A stretch of DNA of 64,000 nucleotides from Octopus vulgaris. Lineage: Eukaryota. This document shows positions 39,868 to 53,660 of this stretch, in pieces. The stretch lies in contig OX597820.1 in NCBI GenBank assembly GCA_951406725.2, forward strand, positions 14,198,001 to 14,262,000, written 5' to 3'. Positions within the stretch are counted from its first letter, which is position 1. Every line of letters begins with the position of its first letter. A model generated the notes under the pieces. It saw nothing but the letters and a program-made list of their open reading frames with translations, did no database searches and was not told the DNA's origin. The translations under genes and the position numbers were made by a program.

Positions 39868-40081
39868 AGATCACCATGTTGATTCGCTAGCCTCTGCACG
39901 CATTTTTTTTTTCTCCTTGTTTCTTTCTGTGTTTCTTTTCTGTGTATCTTTCTGTTGAAGAGTGTAGGCTCGAAACGTAAAAGACTTGTTTTATTTATAT
40001 TCCTGAGTGCCATACTAATACAATTGTTTGTTTGTATTCCACCTGCCTTCGTCTTTTGTTTATTTTCATAAAGCTTCCCGT

Positions 40082-40082
<1 letters not shown>
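39868..40082 (+). mobile_element. Same family in the opposite orientation, hammerhead 39947-39984
   Basis: UCUUU-CUGUUGA-A-GAGU(GUAG)GCUC-GAAA-CG-UA-AAAGA. Flanked by (TA)n. Confidence 0.8.
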
Positions 40083-40130
<48 letters not shown>

Positions 40131-40198
40131 TGTCCAACCCGTGCTAGCGCGGAAAACGGATGTTAAACGATGATGATGATGATACACACACACACATA

Positions 40199-40245
<47 letters not shown>

Positions 40246-40886
40246 GAAATGGATGTATGGCATTCAATCAAATAATATAAATAATATATATATATATATA
40301 TATACATACACATATGCATATATGGGTACAGGACATCACCAACAGTAAACAACATGAAATACGAAAACAAATGGCTTCAATACGCAAACAAATGGAGAAC
40401 AGGACAAGTAACACAAAGAACGACCCTTCATGAGTTGTCAGCTGTCTATCTACTCCTCATTTCAAGCACTGAACAACAATACGAGTCTTTGAAGACAGTT
40501 GCTCCCTTAAATACTGAAATAAAATTTTGGATTTATGGAGGGTCAAAGTTGGGAACAAAAACAGGACAGTGGAGACACGCAAGCAAACCAAACTGACCAC
40601 AGCTACGATATTGGTTTTATTTGACTCAACAGGTCTTCTCAAGCACATCATATTGTCCGATGCATCGATGCATCAGCATGGTGGTATCTGTCTTTCTTCT
40701 CCTCCTCTCAAATGGGTCGGACATGCATCATAAGCCAGCCCCATGCTCAATTCGTCCTGTCGAAAGACCCTTGTCCTACGTCCTGGTTTTGTTTTGTTGT
40801 TTATTTTTTATACTTTATTTTTACCGTTATTGTTTTTACGTTTTTGTATTCTGTGATCTCATGTCTGTAATTATTTTTACTGTTTA

Positions 40887-40968
<82 letters not shown>

Positions 40969-42726
40969 AATATTCTATAATTACAGACATAATTATAATT
41001 GGGCTCAGCTAATTGCTTCACCACATACCGAATTTAGAAATAGGAGTTAAAAATTCCTTTTCTACTACTGTAAGAATCTCCACGACAGTAACACAGCTTT
41101 TTTTTACTTATAAAGGTTATTTTAATGTAACAACTACTTGATAAAATTATTAATTAATTGATTAATTAATTTAATTAATTTTACCTTTTTATTATTAAAT
41201 CGAATATATATATATATATATATCAAAAGGATGTGTTATAATACTATTCTACAGCCATACTAACAATCCAACATATCTCCATCATCAGCTGCCCCACGGA
41301 TATCACTATGGTTTCGACACCTAGACAGAACCATTCAATCCGTCGGTGTCATCAGTATTAAAATAAGTGTTGTTTGAGAACAAACACACCAAAGAAACCA
41401 CAACTTTCAAACACATTTACCCAATGTTCAACCATATCGATAAATAAATTCCATAAGTAAATTACTCCTAAATACGTAACTAAACAGCGACAAAGTCATA
41501 GAAAATTATAATCCCTACCGTCTTCCGTAATGTTATATAAACGTAAATAACCACATTATTTCAATCAATCAATATATAGGTAGGATTAAACACTAACCCT
41601 ACTAAAACTATAACAAGAGACATTTAAACCAATGTACATTGTATCGGTATTAATAGTAAACTACAATAACTAAATTATATGCTAAATTGCGATCCATCTT
41701 TAAGTCCATATAAATAATAATCCCACCGGTCTTCCATAGATACTACTATAATGAAAGTTCAATATACATTTTTTTCCAAAGCAAAACACGATTGAAATTA
41801 ATTTAACTAAGATTTTTTTGAGTGAAATAAATTATTTCATCCTTCAAAAGTTAATAATAAAACACTTCACCACTACAAGTTATAATATTAAATTACCAGT
41901 GACTAATATACACTTAAATTTCATTAAATAGGAACTAATAAAATTACTTGTAATAAACTAATATTATAAATCTTGCTATGATTGCAGCTAATCACTGTTT
42001 AAAAGACTATAAGCATTAACTATAAGCATTAACACTTACATGCTTAATCAAGTGCGGTTCCCTTACCAAGAATTTAAAGAGCAACTATATTGATGACGTA
42101 GTGCGTAATTACCATTCCCTCAATTGTCTCAATACCAGTGACGTTGTATGCAAATAGCTCGAATCGTGAACCTTCATTGTACACGTACACCAAATGAACC
42201 CACACCATGGCACGAGGTACAAAGAAGAGCGTCTCTGTTCAGCTCTGGCACGATTGCTGCGAGTGAGAGTGGCCATATGAGCACGCTATGAGTTAGCTGC
42301 AGAGTTTCAGTGGGAAAAGCAGGGCTCGTGGGGTCGGCAATCCTGGTGTTCCCACTTCATGTGTTATTTTATGTTTGTGTTGTAAAAATTTGTATATCAT
42401 CCGATTTCTTCGATTTTATGTAAAATTCTTAAAGATCATATTTATGTAATTTCCATCCGTTTCTCATGACCCCAAATCATGATGTATTGTCCCCCTCTAC
42501 GTCGGCCCCTTTTGGGTAATAAAGAAATACATCTCTGTTCAGCTCTCTGCTTCACCAGAAACTGTACAGAAAAGAAACCTAACAACACGGAAATGCAGTA
42601 GCTCCAGCATGGTCTCAACTTCTGGCTGAAACCAGTAAAACAGAAGGTAAGAGATAAAGATACACACAAATATATATATATATATATATGTGTGTGTTTC
42701 ATTTCTGGTCATTTCAAAAAGTATCC

Positions 42727-42930
42727 TTATGTGAATCGTTGGCGATTTTTTCCCCTCCATCTTCCTTTTCTATTGGACTTTCCTCTGTCTCCTGTTTCTG
42801 AAGAAGAGCTTTGCTTGAAATGTGAAACCACCTTTCTTTCCTTCCATGAGTGTCTTATTAATACTTTGCATGTACCACGTCCTCGCGTTGTTGTTTTTTT
42901 GTTTGTTCTTAGTTTTTTTTTATTTACTAA
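42727..42930 (+). mobile_element. Copy of the 21484-21660 hammerhead element (HHR 42794-42828, decayed)
   Basis: gttt-ctgaaga-a-gagctttgctt-gaaa-tgtg-aaac. CpG-type changes and a GUG site predict inactivity. Ends in (TA)n. Confidence 0.75.
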
Positions 42931-42971
<41 letters not shown>

Positions 42972-43113
42972 GCAAGATTTTTTATGTGAAGTCGTGTGTT
43001 GAAACAGATATTGTTATATTTCGGAATGGTCATTTTGCCAGTTTAGCCAATAAAAAGCACACGCACTATATATTTGGTGTTATTTATTTTTTACATTAAT
43101 CTTGATTTTATTT

Positions 43114-43159
43114 GGGCCAGAGTTCTTTCGTCACACTCCTGTGATTGCATCAGTGGTCC
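43114..43159 (-). ncRNA. Degenerate hammerhead motif in a (TA)n-flanked repeat (42965-43215)
   Basis: GGACCA-CUGAUGC-AAUCAC(AGGAGU)GUGAC-GAAA-G(AA)C-UC-UGGCCC. A9 is substituted and helix I has one mismatch. Confidence 0.5.
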
Positions 43160-43467
43160 TTTGTTTTCTTCTTTCTTATTTGTGTCTCTCCTTACTAACC
43201 GTCAGCCATTTTGTGTGTATATATATATATAATTAAAATTAATCAAAAGACATACTAAAGACATACTACTACCTGCTTGAAATAACAATAAAAACTCTTA
43301 TTAAATCGCCAAAAATACACTGATGAAAACTACAGAAATCAAACGAAGGCAAAATCAGATTAAGACACTCTACTAACATACATTTAAGTATCTGGACTCA
43401 CGTGGACTGGTTTCTGCACTGGCAAAATAAGCCTTAGCTTCTTCAGCACGCGTTACCATGATTAGAG

Positions 43468-43515
<48 letters not shown>

Positions 43516-44615
43516 GAGAGTATTGTTAATAATAAAATAAAAAACAAAAGCCGTTAGAAAACCGATTATAGCAGCGACTCCATCTAAGAATATGTGAAGA
43601 AGGAATATTATTCCGAAATGTCATATCAGACTATGGATGACTGAATTACAACAGGTATATAGCCAATTGTCTGTATTATAGTGCATTGTTGTACTATTCA
43701 AAACTTTTTGTTCTTTACAAGTGTATGTGTATTTTTTCAATATGTAAATATAACACGGAAAAAATAGATAAATAGTTACCAGGGTAGCAAAAATTGCCAA
43801 GGATGTAACAGCCTACCTGTAAAGTTAGAAATTCCAGGATTTATTGAAATGTTTTAATAAAACATACGTAAATTAAGAAATGGGGTTAAAACGCAGGTGT
43901 TATTCAAATCTTTATACTTCCAACATATGTTTCAAATAAAACAGTGGTAATATTCTTGAGGGAATAAAATGGTGTAAAACAATGTAATCATCTCATCAAG
44001 GTAAAAAAAGAGTAACAAAACACATCAATAAGCCATTTTAACCGAATGTGATTACCATATATATGTAGCGGACTTTCTCTCTCTCTCTTATATATACATG
44101 AGTATGGACGTAGTGGATAACAGCTAGCCTTCGGCTGCTTGAACCCTGTTGTGTCCACTACCCTTATTGGTTGGTATTGGCGCAGTTTGTCTCTATTATG
44201 CACCAATGTGCAACCCAACCAATCGCAGCCTTCTGATAAGGTCATGAAAAACAGCCTTTTCCAGTCTTCCTATGAGCCAATAGATTGCTATAATATGCTA
44301 GCTTCAACACCAAGTCGAAGTCGGTCGGTTCCAGACCTTTTTAGGTCTGGCCGCTGACCACAGAGCACACACCCAGTTCCAGCGACAACACCAGCAGCCA
44401 CATGGGCAAACAGCAACACTTCGTCCAGCAGCATTCAGGACCTCCATCTCTGTCGCCTCCGTCTTAATGTTGTCAACAACATCTCTCTACATGCACTCAG
44501 GTTCTATCTCATCACTGTTCGTGAATTACTTCACCATGGTTAACAGCAAATACAACCTGCGAGAACTGCAGGAAGGGTCAAAATGATAATTTCTTTTACC
44601 AATTATGTATATATA

Positions 44616-45010
44616 TTTATATATAAAGCTGAAGTTGTCTGTGTGTGGCAGGTTTGGTAGCCTTCAACTAACACTATCTCCTCCGAGATCCTGCGGCGCA
44701 AGTTGACCAAAATTGAGAGTATGATAGAAGGCTTGCTCTTCATTCTGTAGAAGAAAAAAAATTCAAATTGGATCATGTTAAGACCAAAAATTATTTACAT
44801 CAAAAAAGTGCTTTTTTTTTCTATGAAAATCCCTATTTTTTACGATTGTTTGACTGCTTTGTCGCCATTTTTCGGTGTATTTCAACCAGTAAAATGTTCA
44901 CTTAAAGAGTATAACAAGCTACAGAATGCAAAATTTTTACTTTTCAAAAATTCCAATTCTAAAGAGTCGAAAAGAAAACAAACCCGAGCAACACTGGGTG
45001 ATACTGCTAG
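44616..45010 (+). mobile_element. Non-autonomous Helitron
   Basis: 5' A|TTTATATATAAAGCTG (a TC-start variant), subterminal hairpin acccgagcaacactgggt, 3' CTAG|T, no TSD. Confidence 0.8.
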
Positions 45011-45024
45011 TATATATATATACA

Positions 45025-45748
45025 CTCTCTCTTTTTATTTTCTCTCTCTGTTTATTTCTGTGTTCCTTTCTGTTGAAGAGCGTAGGCTCGAAACATAAAA
45101 GACTTTCTCACTTCCTGAGTGTTAAACTAATACATATGTTTGTTGTTTACACACCTATCTTCGTCTTTTGTTTTCTTGTAAATTCTCACTATATATTACA
45201 CGCTCATGTGGTTGCACCACTTTTATCATGTCTCCACCTCCACTTCAAATTTTTCTTGGACTATTCTACCTGGATTTTCTTCTACACTCGGACTCCTACA
45301 CTTTGGCTGCACCTCTCCTAATCATGGATTACATTGGACTTTTCCTTTGATGAGAAATTGCACCAATACACCACGATGTTTGAACCTCTTGAACTTTTCT
45401 AAATTTTTTTGTACTTTCTGCTTTTTCCTATTGTCATTTCTCTCAATCCACACTTGTTACCTTGCCTCTCTCTCCCTCTCTTTCTTTTTCCCTTTTGTCT
45501 ATCTCCCCTTCTTTCCAGCTCTTCCGTGTGACCCCTCTGTCCGGCATTTGCCATGATAGATTGCTAGCCACTAAACCCTTTTCTATTTTCTCTCCCAGTT
45601 TATTTCTGTGTTCCTTTCTGTCGAAGAGCGTAGGCTCGAAACGTAAAAGAACTTCTCACTTCCTGAGCTTTAAGCTAATATGTCTGTTCATTGTTTACAC
45701 ACCGATCTTCATCTTTTATTTTGTTTGTTTTCTTTAAAATTCTAACTA
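45025..45748 (+). mobile_element. Penelope-like element remnant in partial-tandem (pseudo-LTR) form with two hammerheads (45066-45101, 45614-45649)
   Basis: Direct repeats at about 45025-45192 and 45575-45748 flank a segment encoding (HVV)..HHFYHVSTSTSNFSWTIL...NTPRCLN, which resembles the VA.HF...H...F...IL...T..P.GLN end of a PLE GIY-YIG endonuclease. Confidence 0.72.
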
Positions 45749-46474
45749 CACACACAGTAGACATATAAACCTGACAAATTTTAACTATTTTCCCCACATA
45801 TTGAAGAAACCAAACAACCTTGATTGATTTTCAAACCTTATCGAGTCCTCAGAGAGGCCCACATCTATTTAACTGATTCCATAGAAATAAGCAACCAATC
45901 TCTTTATATACTCAGCAAAATCCAGAATCTACACTAAATTGGAGCAACTAATTTGCATACCATTAGAGCTTAATTTATTTGATATGTCACCAGGGATCTC
46001 AGTCCATGCAACATCAAGGTATGATATATGTAACCTGTGAAGCAGAGATACAAATGAATTTAAACTTTTTATTTGTAGACTAGCTGCAATTTTTGTGTTA
46101 TGCATAGATAGATCATCATGGTGTGTGTGTGTTTGTGTGTGATTATATAAAATGAGTATTTTGATATTTTGATATTAATACCAAATGCATAATGAAACTG
46201 CTGATAATATTAGCCATGCCTTCTGTATGGAATTGAATGGTTGTCTAAATTCGACAATGTTTCATTCTTGGGCTTGGCCAATTGTATGAAAAACGATAAG
46301 AAATGCTAAAATACAATATATCAATACGTATATATAAGTTTGTGTGTGTGTGAGTGTGGACATGTATGTGTGTAACTGTACTGTTTGTACAAGTATTCCT
46401 ATGTATGGAAAAAGTATTTGTTGATTGGGGAGACACAGAAAGAATGTGTGTGTGGCTATAAGTATAAAATTTCC

Positions 46475-46520
<46 letters not shown>

Positions 46521-48329
46521 CAGGACAAGAAGAAAATGGAGGGGATCCAGAGGTAGTATGCATCAACTGTTAGACATTATACTATGTCTATTTATCTTAA
46601 ACAATTATGAGAATATATATATACATATGTAAAGATTGTATTTTACATACATAAGTACCATTCTGCTTGTCTGTCTGTCTGTCTATCTATCTACCTACCT
46701 ACCTGCCTCCCTGTCTGTCTGTTTGCCCATCTATCTATTAATCAATTTACCTATTTATCTTTCCATGTTTATCTACCTATTGATCTAGCTAGCTGCCTGT
46801 CTATCTGTCTGTCTGTCTGTCTATCTATCTGTCTGTTTGTCCATCTATCTATTAATCAATCTACCTATTTAGCTTTTCATGTTTATCTATTGATCTAGTT
46901 AGCTACCTGTCTATCAGTCTGTCCATCCATTTTACCTATCTATCTGTCTATCTTTCTCTCTCTATCTATCTATCCATGTACCTCTGTATGTGTATACATG
47001 CAGACATGGACACAGTCTTACACTCTGTATATACATGCACTCTTATCTTTCCATTGAAGAAAGCGTTCATGGTTAAGGTGACCAAAAAGAAAGAAAAAAA
47101 AAAACAGGAACAAATAAATAAAAATAAAATAAAATTAAATAAAAAAAAGATAAATAAAATGAATGAAAAAAAAAAATTAAGCATTTTCTGGCAAGTTGGC
47201 TACAGCTATATAATAAGTGGAGATCTAAAGTAATATTGATAAATTGTCTTGAATAATATGTATAGAATCCGAAGCATAATAGATGGTGCTGGAGTTTGAA
47301 CAAAAAAACAAAATGGCCCTGTGACCAATTCAATTAATCAGCTCTGATAGATTTAGCAGATAGATTCCTATGACAGTTCCCTAGAGCAGCAAGCTTCAAT
47401 ACACTTTTCAAAATCCTTGAACAAAACTTGCAATGAAAACATTCTCTTTGATTATATATGTTAGTCGGATACTGTTAGCGGTAGTTAACATTCCTCTGTC
47501 TTCCTTTGATTATTTTAGCTGCGGTTGTCTTTAGAATTTGTCATGAAGATCTTTAGTAAGTAGAAGGAAAAATTCTGCCTGACTTGAGTAATTCGGCTGT
47601 CCAAACGGCTTGCACAGATAAACCAATTATCTTGCCAATCTAAGTATAGGAGATTATGTCGTGTTGCTTGTTCAAGTTGGTGGATATGTTTTTGGTGGCA
47701 TTTTCTGTCGAAGACAAATCAATGGACTTGTGTCTCATACACCATGCAGTAATTGCTGTTCATTTGTGCTAGTGCTAGCCATTTCTTAAGAAATTGCATT
47801 ATTTTCGAGGAATTATTATTGTTGTTGTATAGCGTAATTATGCTTGTAAGTATATCTGTGACACGTGTGTGGTGTGCATGACTATATTTATGCATAGATA
47901 TGTATTTGTGTGTGTGTGTGTGTGTGTCATTGTCCTCGTTGCTTAATGTCTGCTTTCCATGATGGCATGGGTTGGCTGGTTTGACTGAGGACCGGCAAGC
48001 CGGGAGGCTGCACCAGGCTCCAATCTGATCTGGCAAGGTTTCTACAGCTGGATGCTCTTTTTAACGCCAATCACTCCAAGAGTGTAGTGGGTGCTTCTTA
48101 CATGCCGCTGGCACAGGAGCCAGTCAGGTGTCACTGGCATCAGCCACACTTGAATGATGCTTTTTACATGCCAGTCAGTCAGCACTGGCATCAATCATGC
48201 TCAAATGGTGCTTTTTACATGCCACTGGTACAGGTGTCAGTTAGGCAGTACTTGCATTGGCCATGCTTGAGTGGGGCATTTTAGGTGCCAGGTATATTTT
48301 TGTATATGAGTATATATGTGTATGTATAT

Positions 48330-48510
48330 AGGGGGAGAGTTCATGAAGAAAACAAGACGAAGATAGGGGGTGTACAAAACAAACAGATGTATTAGTATAA
48401 CGCTCATGAATTGTAAAAGTCTTTTATGTTTCGAGCCTACACTCTTCTACAGAAAGGGACACAGAAAAAAACAAGGAGAGAAAAAAATGCGTGTAGTGGC
48501 TATCGATTTA
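48330..48510 (-). mobile_element. Further copy of the A6U hammerhead element (HHR 48421-48456)
   Basis: Minus strand cuuu-CUGUAGA-A-gagu(guag)gcuc-GAAA-caua-aaag. Flanked by TA-rich tracts. Confidence 0.75.
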
Positions 48511-48514
48511 TATA

Positions 48515-48546
<32 letters not shown>

Positions 48547-51500
48547 CACACAATTGTTAAAGAGGACAACAAGCATTAAGCCAAGTCGTATACGATATTA
48601 TTATTTTTTTCCAGTAATAATATTGTATATGCTGCATTGGAAATCTGCAATGGCTCCATAACTATTGTCTCGGCTATAACCTTGGAGCCCCAGTAATGTT
48701 ACAGGACTTACCTAGCATACCTAATCTTTTAGATCACCTGTGAATGAAACCCCATACTTTATATATATATATAGATATATATAGTAAAATGTGTACTTAC
48801 GCCGTAAGGCTTCATTTCCACACATGCCAGCTGAATTCAATTTGTCCCCAGTCGAAAGACACCTGTTGTTATGTCCTGTTATTATTATTATTATTTTTAT
48901 TGTATTTTGTATTTATATTCATGTAACATTGTCTGTTTTTCCGTCCTTGTTTTCGTATACATTCAATGCTTTCTTCCAAGGAATCTAATGCTCTTAGCTT
49001 AGTTTTTCCTTGGGGCTGACCAGATTGGAGCAATCTCAAGATTAATCAGCTGAAATAACGAGGATGATCCAGTTCTTGACTGAGGTTAGAAAGCTTCGAA
49101 TGACCCGTCCTTGTTTTTTTTGTATCGTCTATCTGGATGTTTTGTTGTCCCCTTTTGTATATCTTAGTTGTCCGGATGTTTTGCGTTCTTGTCCTATTTT
49201 GTATTTTATATATATATATATATATATCTGTCAAGCCAAGTGAGATTGTAGTCATGGTTGATGTCGGTGTTTCATAACTGGCACCCATGCCGGTGGCATG
49301 TAAAAATCACCCACTACACTCTTGAAGTGGTTGACCTTAGGAAGGGCATCCAGCAGTAGAAACTATGCCAAATCATGTTGGAACACAACGCATCACCCGG
49401 TCCAGGAATCGAAACCACAATCTGATGATCATGAGTGCAACAGCTTAATCACTAAGCCACGTGTCTCCACAAATTTCTAAATACTATTAGAAGCTGTGTA
49501 AAAACACTATTAAAATATTTTGTGTGTTGTAGAAGTACAAACCAATTTATTGTGCATAAATATTATAACAACAAAATCTTATACGGATCCCCCAGGGCCA
49601 TATGCACTCCCAAGTGCCAGATGGACCCTGGTTAAGAACTTGAGAACTACTAGCGTAAATGATACAGAGAGATAGATATTGAAAGGGATAGAGGATGAGA
49701 GATCGAGAGAGGGTGAAAACAAGGAAAGAAGCCAATAGAGAGATAAAGAAGAGGAGCCGAAGAAGACATGACAAGGCTTTTGATCTTTGCCATGAAAGGA
49801 AGATCAGAGGTTTCTTTGAAATGAACCTGAGAAGTGTAAAGTGACATCTAGAACTTAGAATGTAAGATTCTGAATTTAGCATAGATTGGTTTATTGAGAG
49901 GGATATTTTTGTGGTCACTCTAATGGAATTTTTTAATTGTCATGTTAATTCAGTTAATGAGAATATTAATTTTGTGCTATGAAATAAACAATTGCCATTT
50001 ATTTCATGTCCACTTTTTTTTTTTCTTTTTCATAAAACGAGGGGATTCTGTGTTGCCATTTTGGGGGCTGGTGGTTTTGCTTAGCTAACTGGGGATTCTG
50101 CCTGTTTTTGGCAACATTGCTCTTTTGGTGCTGGAGGCAAATGCATGCACACACACACATGCATGTATGCACATACAGAAATATGTGCATACATACAAAG
50201 AAAGTGAGAGAGAGATATATATATATTGCACATTCTTTTACTCTTTTATTTGTTTCAGTCATTTGACTGTGGCCTTACTGGAGCACTGCTTTTAGTTGAA
50301 CAAACCAACACCAGAACTTATTCTTTGTAAGCCTAGTACTTATTCTATCGGTGTCTTTTGTCAAACCGCTAAGTTATGTAAACACACTGACATTGGTTGT
50401 CAAGCGATGGTGGGGAGAACAAACACAGACACACAAATCATCATCATCATCGTTTAATGTCTGTTTTCCATGCTGGCATGGGTTGGCCGGTTTGACTGAG
50501 GTCTGGAGTCAGTGGCTGCACCAGGCACCAATCTGATCTGGCAAGGTTTCTACAGCTGGATGCCCTTCCTAATGCCAACCACTCTGAGAGTGTAGTGGGT
50601 GCTTTTTACATTCCTCCAGTACAGGAGCTAGTCAGGTGGGCCTGGCATCGATCATGTTCGGATAGTGCTTTTTACATGTCAACGGTATAGGGGCCAGTTA
50701 GGTGGTACTGGCATCAGCCACATTTGGATGGGGCTTTTTCCATGCCACCAGCACAGGAGCCAGTCAGGCGGACCTGGTAATCGACTACATTCAGATGGTG
50801 CTTTTTATGTGTCACCAGTACGGGAACCAGTCAGGGAGCACTGGCCACAGCTACAATATTGGTTCTACTTGACTGAATAGGTTTTTTCATGCATATCAAA
50901 TCATATATATACTTTGGGCTTCTTTCAGTTTCCATCTACCAAATCCACTCACAAGGCTTTGGCTGGCCCGAGGCTACAGTAGAAGACACTTGCTCAAGAT
51001 GCCACACAGTAGGACTGAACCCGGAACCATGTGGTTGGGAAGCAAGCTTCTTACCACACAGCCACAAAAATTATCCACATAAATTTGTGAAAGTGCATAG
51101 CTAGGTGGTTAGGGTATTCAGCTTACAATCATAAGGTCGTGGGTTCAATATCTGGAGGTGTATTGTGTCCTTGAGCAAGACACTTTATTTCATGTTGTTT
51201 CAATGTACTCAGCTGGCAAAAATGAGGGATATAATTCAAAGGGTCAGCCTTGTCACATTCTGTGTCACGCTGAATCTTCTTGAGAGCAATGTTAAGGGTA
51301 CACGTGTCTGTGGAGTACTCAGCCACTTGCATGCTAATTTCCCGAGCAGGCTGTTCCAGTGATCAAATCAACTGGAACGCTTGTCATCATATCTGACAGA
51401 GTTCCAGGGTTATAAACATAAGTAGATGCTCATACACATAAAGAGAGAGAGAGAGAGAGATAAAGAGAGACAGAGACTCAGAGAGAGACAAAGAGAGACA

Positions 51501-52029
51501 GACAGAGAACATTAGAATTTATGGGCTGAGCATAATTGACATACATATAAAGAGAAATATGCTTACACAGAAAGAGAGAGGGGGAAGAGAAGGAGAGAAA
51601 GAGAGAAATGTTAAAACGTCTGATGTCAAATAAGTCAGCATTGAATTAGCTATGCCAACTCGGCAACGCCAAAACAGCTGTGCCAAAATGTCTCATGTCT
51701 ACCTTTTGCTTGTGTGCCGTTGGCGATTTCTTTTCCATCTTTGGACTTTCCCCTTCCTCCTTTCCAACAAAGAGCTATGCGTGAAACGTCAAACTTTCTC
51801 CTTTCAATGAGCATTGCTTTTTTTATTTCTTTTTTGTTTTTTTTTATTCATTTATTTGAATTGATTATATGTGTGTGTGTGTGTTCTGTGTATAGGGTGC
51901 ATAGTAACTTTCTGAAGCCCTTGAGCTCATATACGTGAACCCTTTTTTGTTCTGTTTCGGGTGTAAGAGTCCAGCTCTCAGTCATACAGAAGTTTCAGAG
52001 TCACCAGGGACTCATAGAACACTTTGAGT

Positions 52030-53018
52030 GGTGGTGGTTGTTGCTTGTGGTGGTGCTAGTGGTGGTGGTGGTGGTGATGGTGATGCTTGTGGTGGTGCTG
52101 ATGGTGGTAGTGGTTGTGGTGGTGGTGGTGGTGGTATCGGTGGTGACGGCGGCGGTGGTGGTGGTGATGATGCTTGTGGTGGTACTGGTAGTGGAGGTGG
52201 TGGAGGATGGTGGTAGTGGTGGGGTTTTTGTTAGTGTTTGTTGCAGTGGTGGTTGTAGTGTTAGCAATCCTAGTGATAGTAGTGGCGGTTGTGGTGCTGG
52301 TGTTAGTGGTATTTGTGGTGGTAGTAGTGCAGGTGGCAATGGTGGTATAAGAAGCAGCAATGGGATGGTCATGACGGTAGTAGTAATGGCGGTGTAAGGG
52401 TAGTACTATTAGTGTGTGATGGTGGTGATAGATAGAAATGGTAGTACTGATAGTGATATTGGTGTTGTTGCTGTTGGTGGTGGTGGTGGTGATGTTAGTG
52501 ATGGTGGTAGTGATGGTAGTGATGGTGGTGATGGTGGTATTGGTAGCAGTGGAGTTGTTGTTGGTTGTTGTCGTCACCATCATTATCATCCTCATCCCCA
52601 TCGTCATTGTTGCTGTCTTTGTTATCTTCATCATCATCATAATTATCATCATGATCATCATCCTCATCGTCATCATCATCATCTTCATCTCCATCATTAT
52701 CATCCTTATCATCATCATCATCATCATTATCCTTATCATCATCATCATTATCCTTATCATCATCATCACCATCATCATCATAATCAGCGTCATCATCATG
52801 ATCATCATTATCGTCATCATCGTCATGAGAATCCTCATCATCGATATGATCATCATGATCATTATCATCATCATCATCATCTCGATCATCATCATCATCA
52901 CAATCATCATCCTCATCGTCATCACCGTAATCATCATAATCATTTACCACAATCATCAACTATCATCATGATCATCGTCATCATTCAATATATTCGGCGA
53001 TACCAATAACATTCGATA

Positions 53019-53096
<78 letters not shown>

Positions 53097-53660
53097 CCTC
53101 ATTTTAATTGCTCTTACAAAGCTGTAAGTCAACTCAGAAAGAAAACCAACTTCCAGAAAAACCAGACAACTTCAACAGACTCTAAATTGCTTTTCTTATT
53201 CTTCGTTATCAACTTTTGATTATTATTTCCCTTCTTCTTCTCCTTCTTCGTCTTCTCCTTTTGATTGTCCATCATGGAGAAATGGCGATCTTTTGCTTTC
53301 CATTTGTGTCCAGTGGAAAGACACCAAATTGTATTCCAAGAAGCGAGATATGGATGAAGGCCATATTCTCTAAGTGTTTATCATCATCGTTATCGTCGCC
53401 ATCATCATCATCATCATTGTTTTCATCATCATCGTTGTTGTTATTATGACCACCATCATAATCATCATTGTTGTCATCACCATCATGATCATCATCATCA
53501 TCCTTATCATCATCCTCATCATCATCATTGCCACCACCAACACCATCATTATCATTATTGTTGTCACCATCAACATCATCATCATCACCATCCCCACCAC
53601 CAACATCGTCATCATCATCATAGTCATCATCATTGTCGTCATGATCATCATCAACATCAT
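52030..53660. repeat. (GGT)n, (CAT)n and (CA)n arrays
   Basis: Directly visible. The array switches from GGT/GAT to CAT at about 52570, with pure (CA)n at 53020-53094. Confidence 0.95.

Noticed and set aside
41300-41360. Possible minus-strand hammerhead (ctgatgacacc...ggtgtcgaaacca)
   Set aside because: The core and helix II overlap and helices I and III do not pair. At best a decayed remnant.
42146-42568. Possible solo LTR (TG...CA, AATAAA); similar CCAAT/TATA-rich segment at 44150-44560
   Set aside because: No target-site duplication, PBS or PPT could be identified.
43915-44003. Possible minus-strand hammerhead with an ACAUAUGU palindrome and long helix II
   Set aside because: U3-G8 core mismatch and weak helices I and II. 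Cannot be supported by eye.
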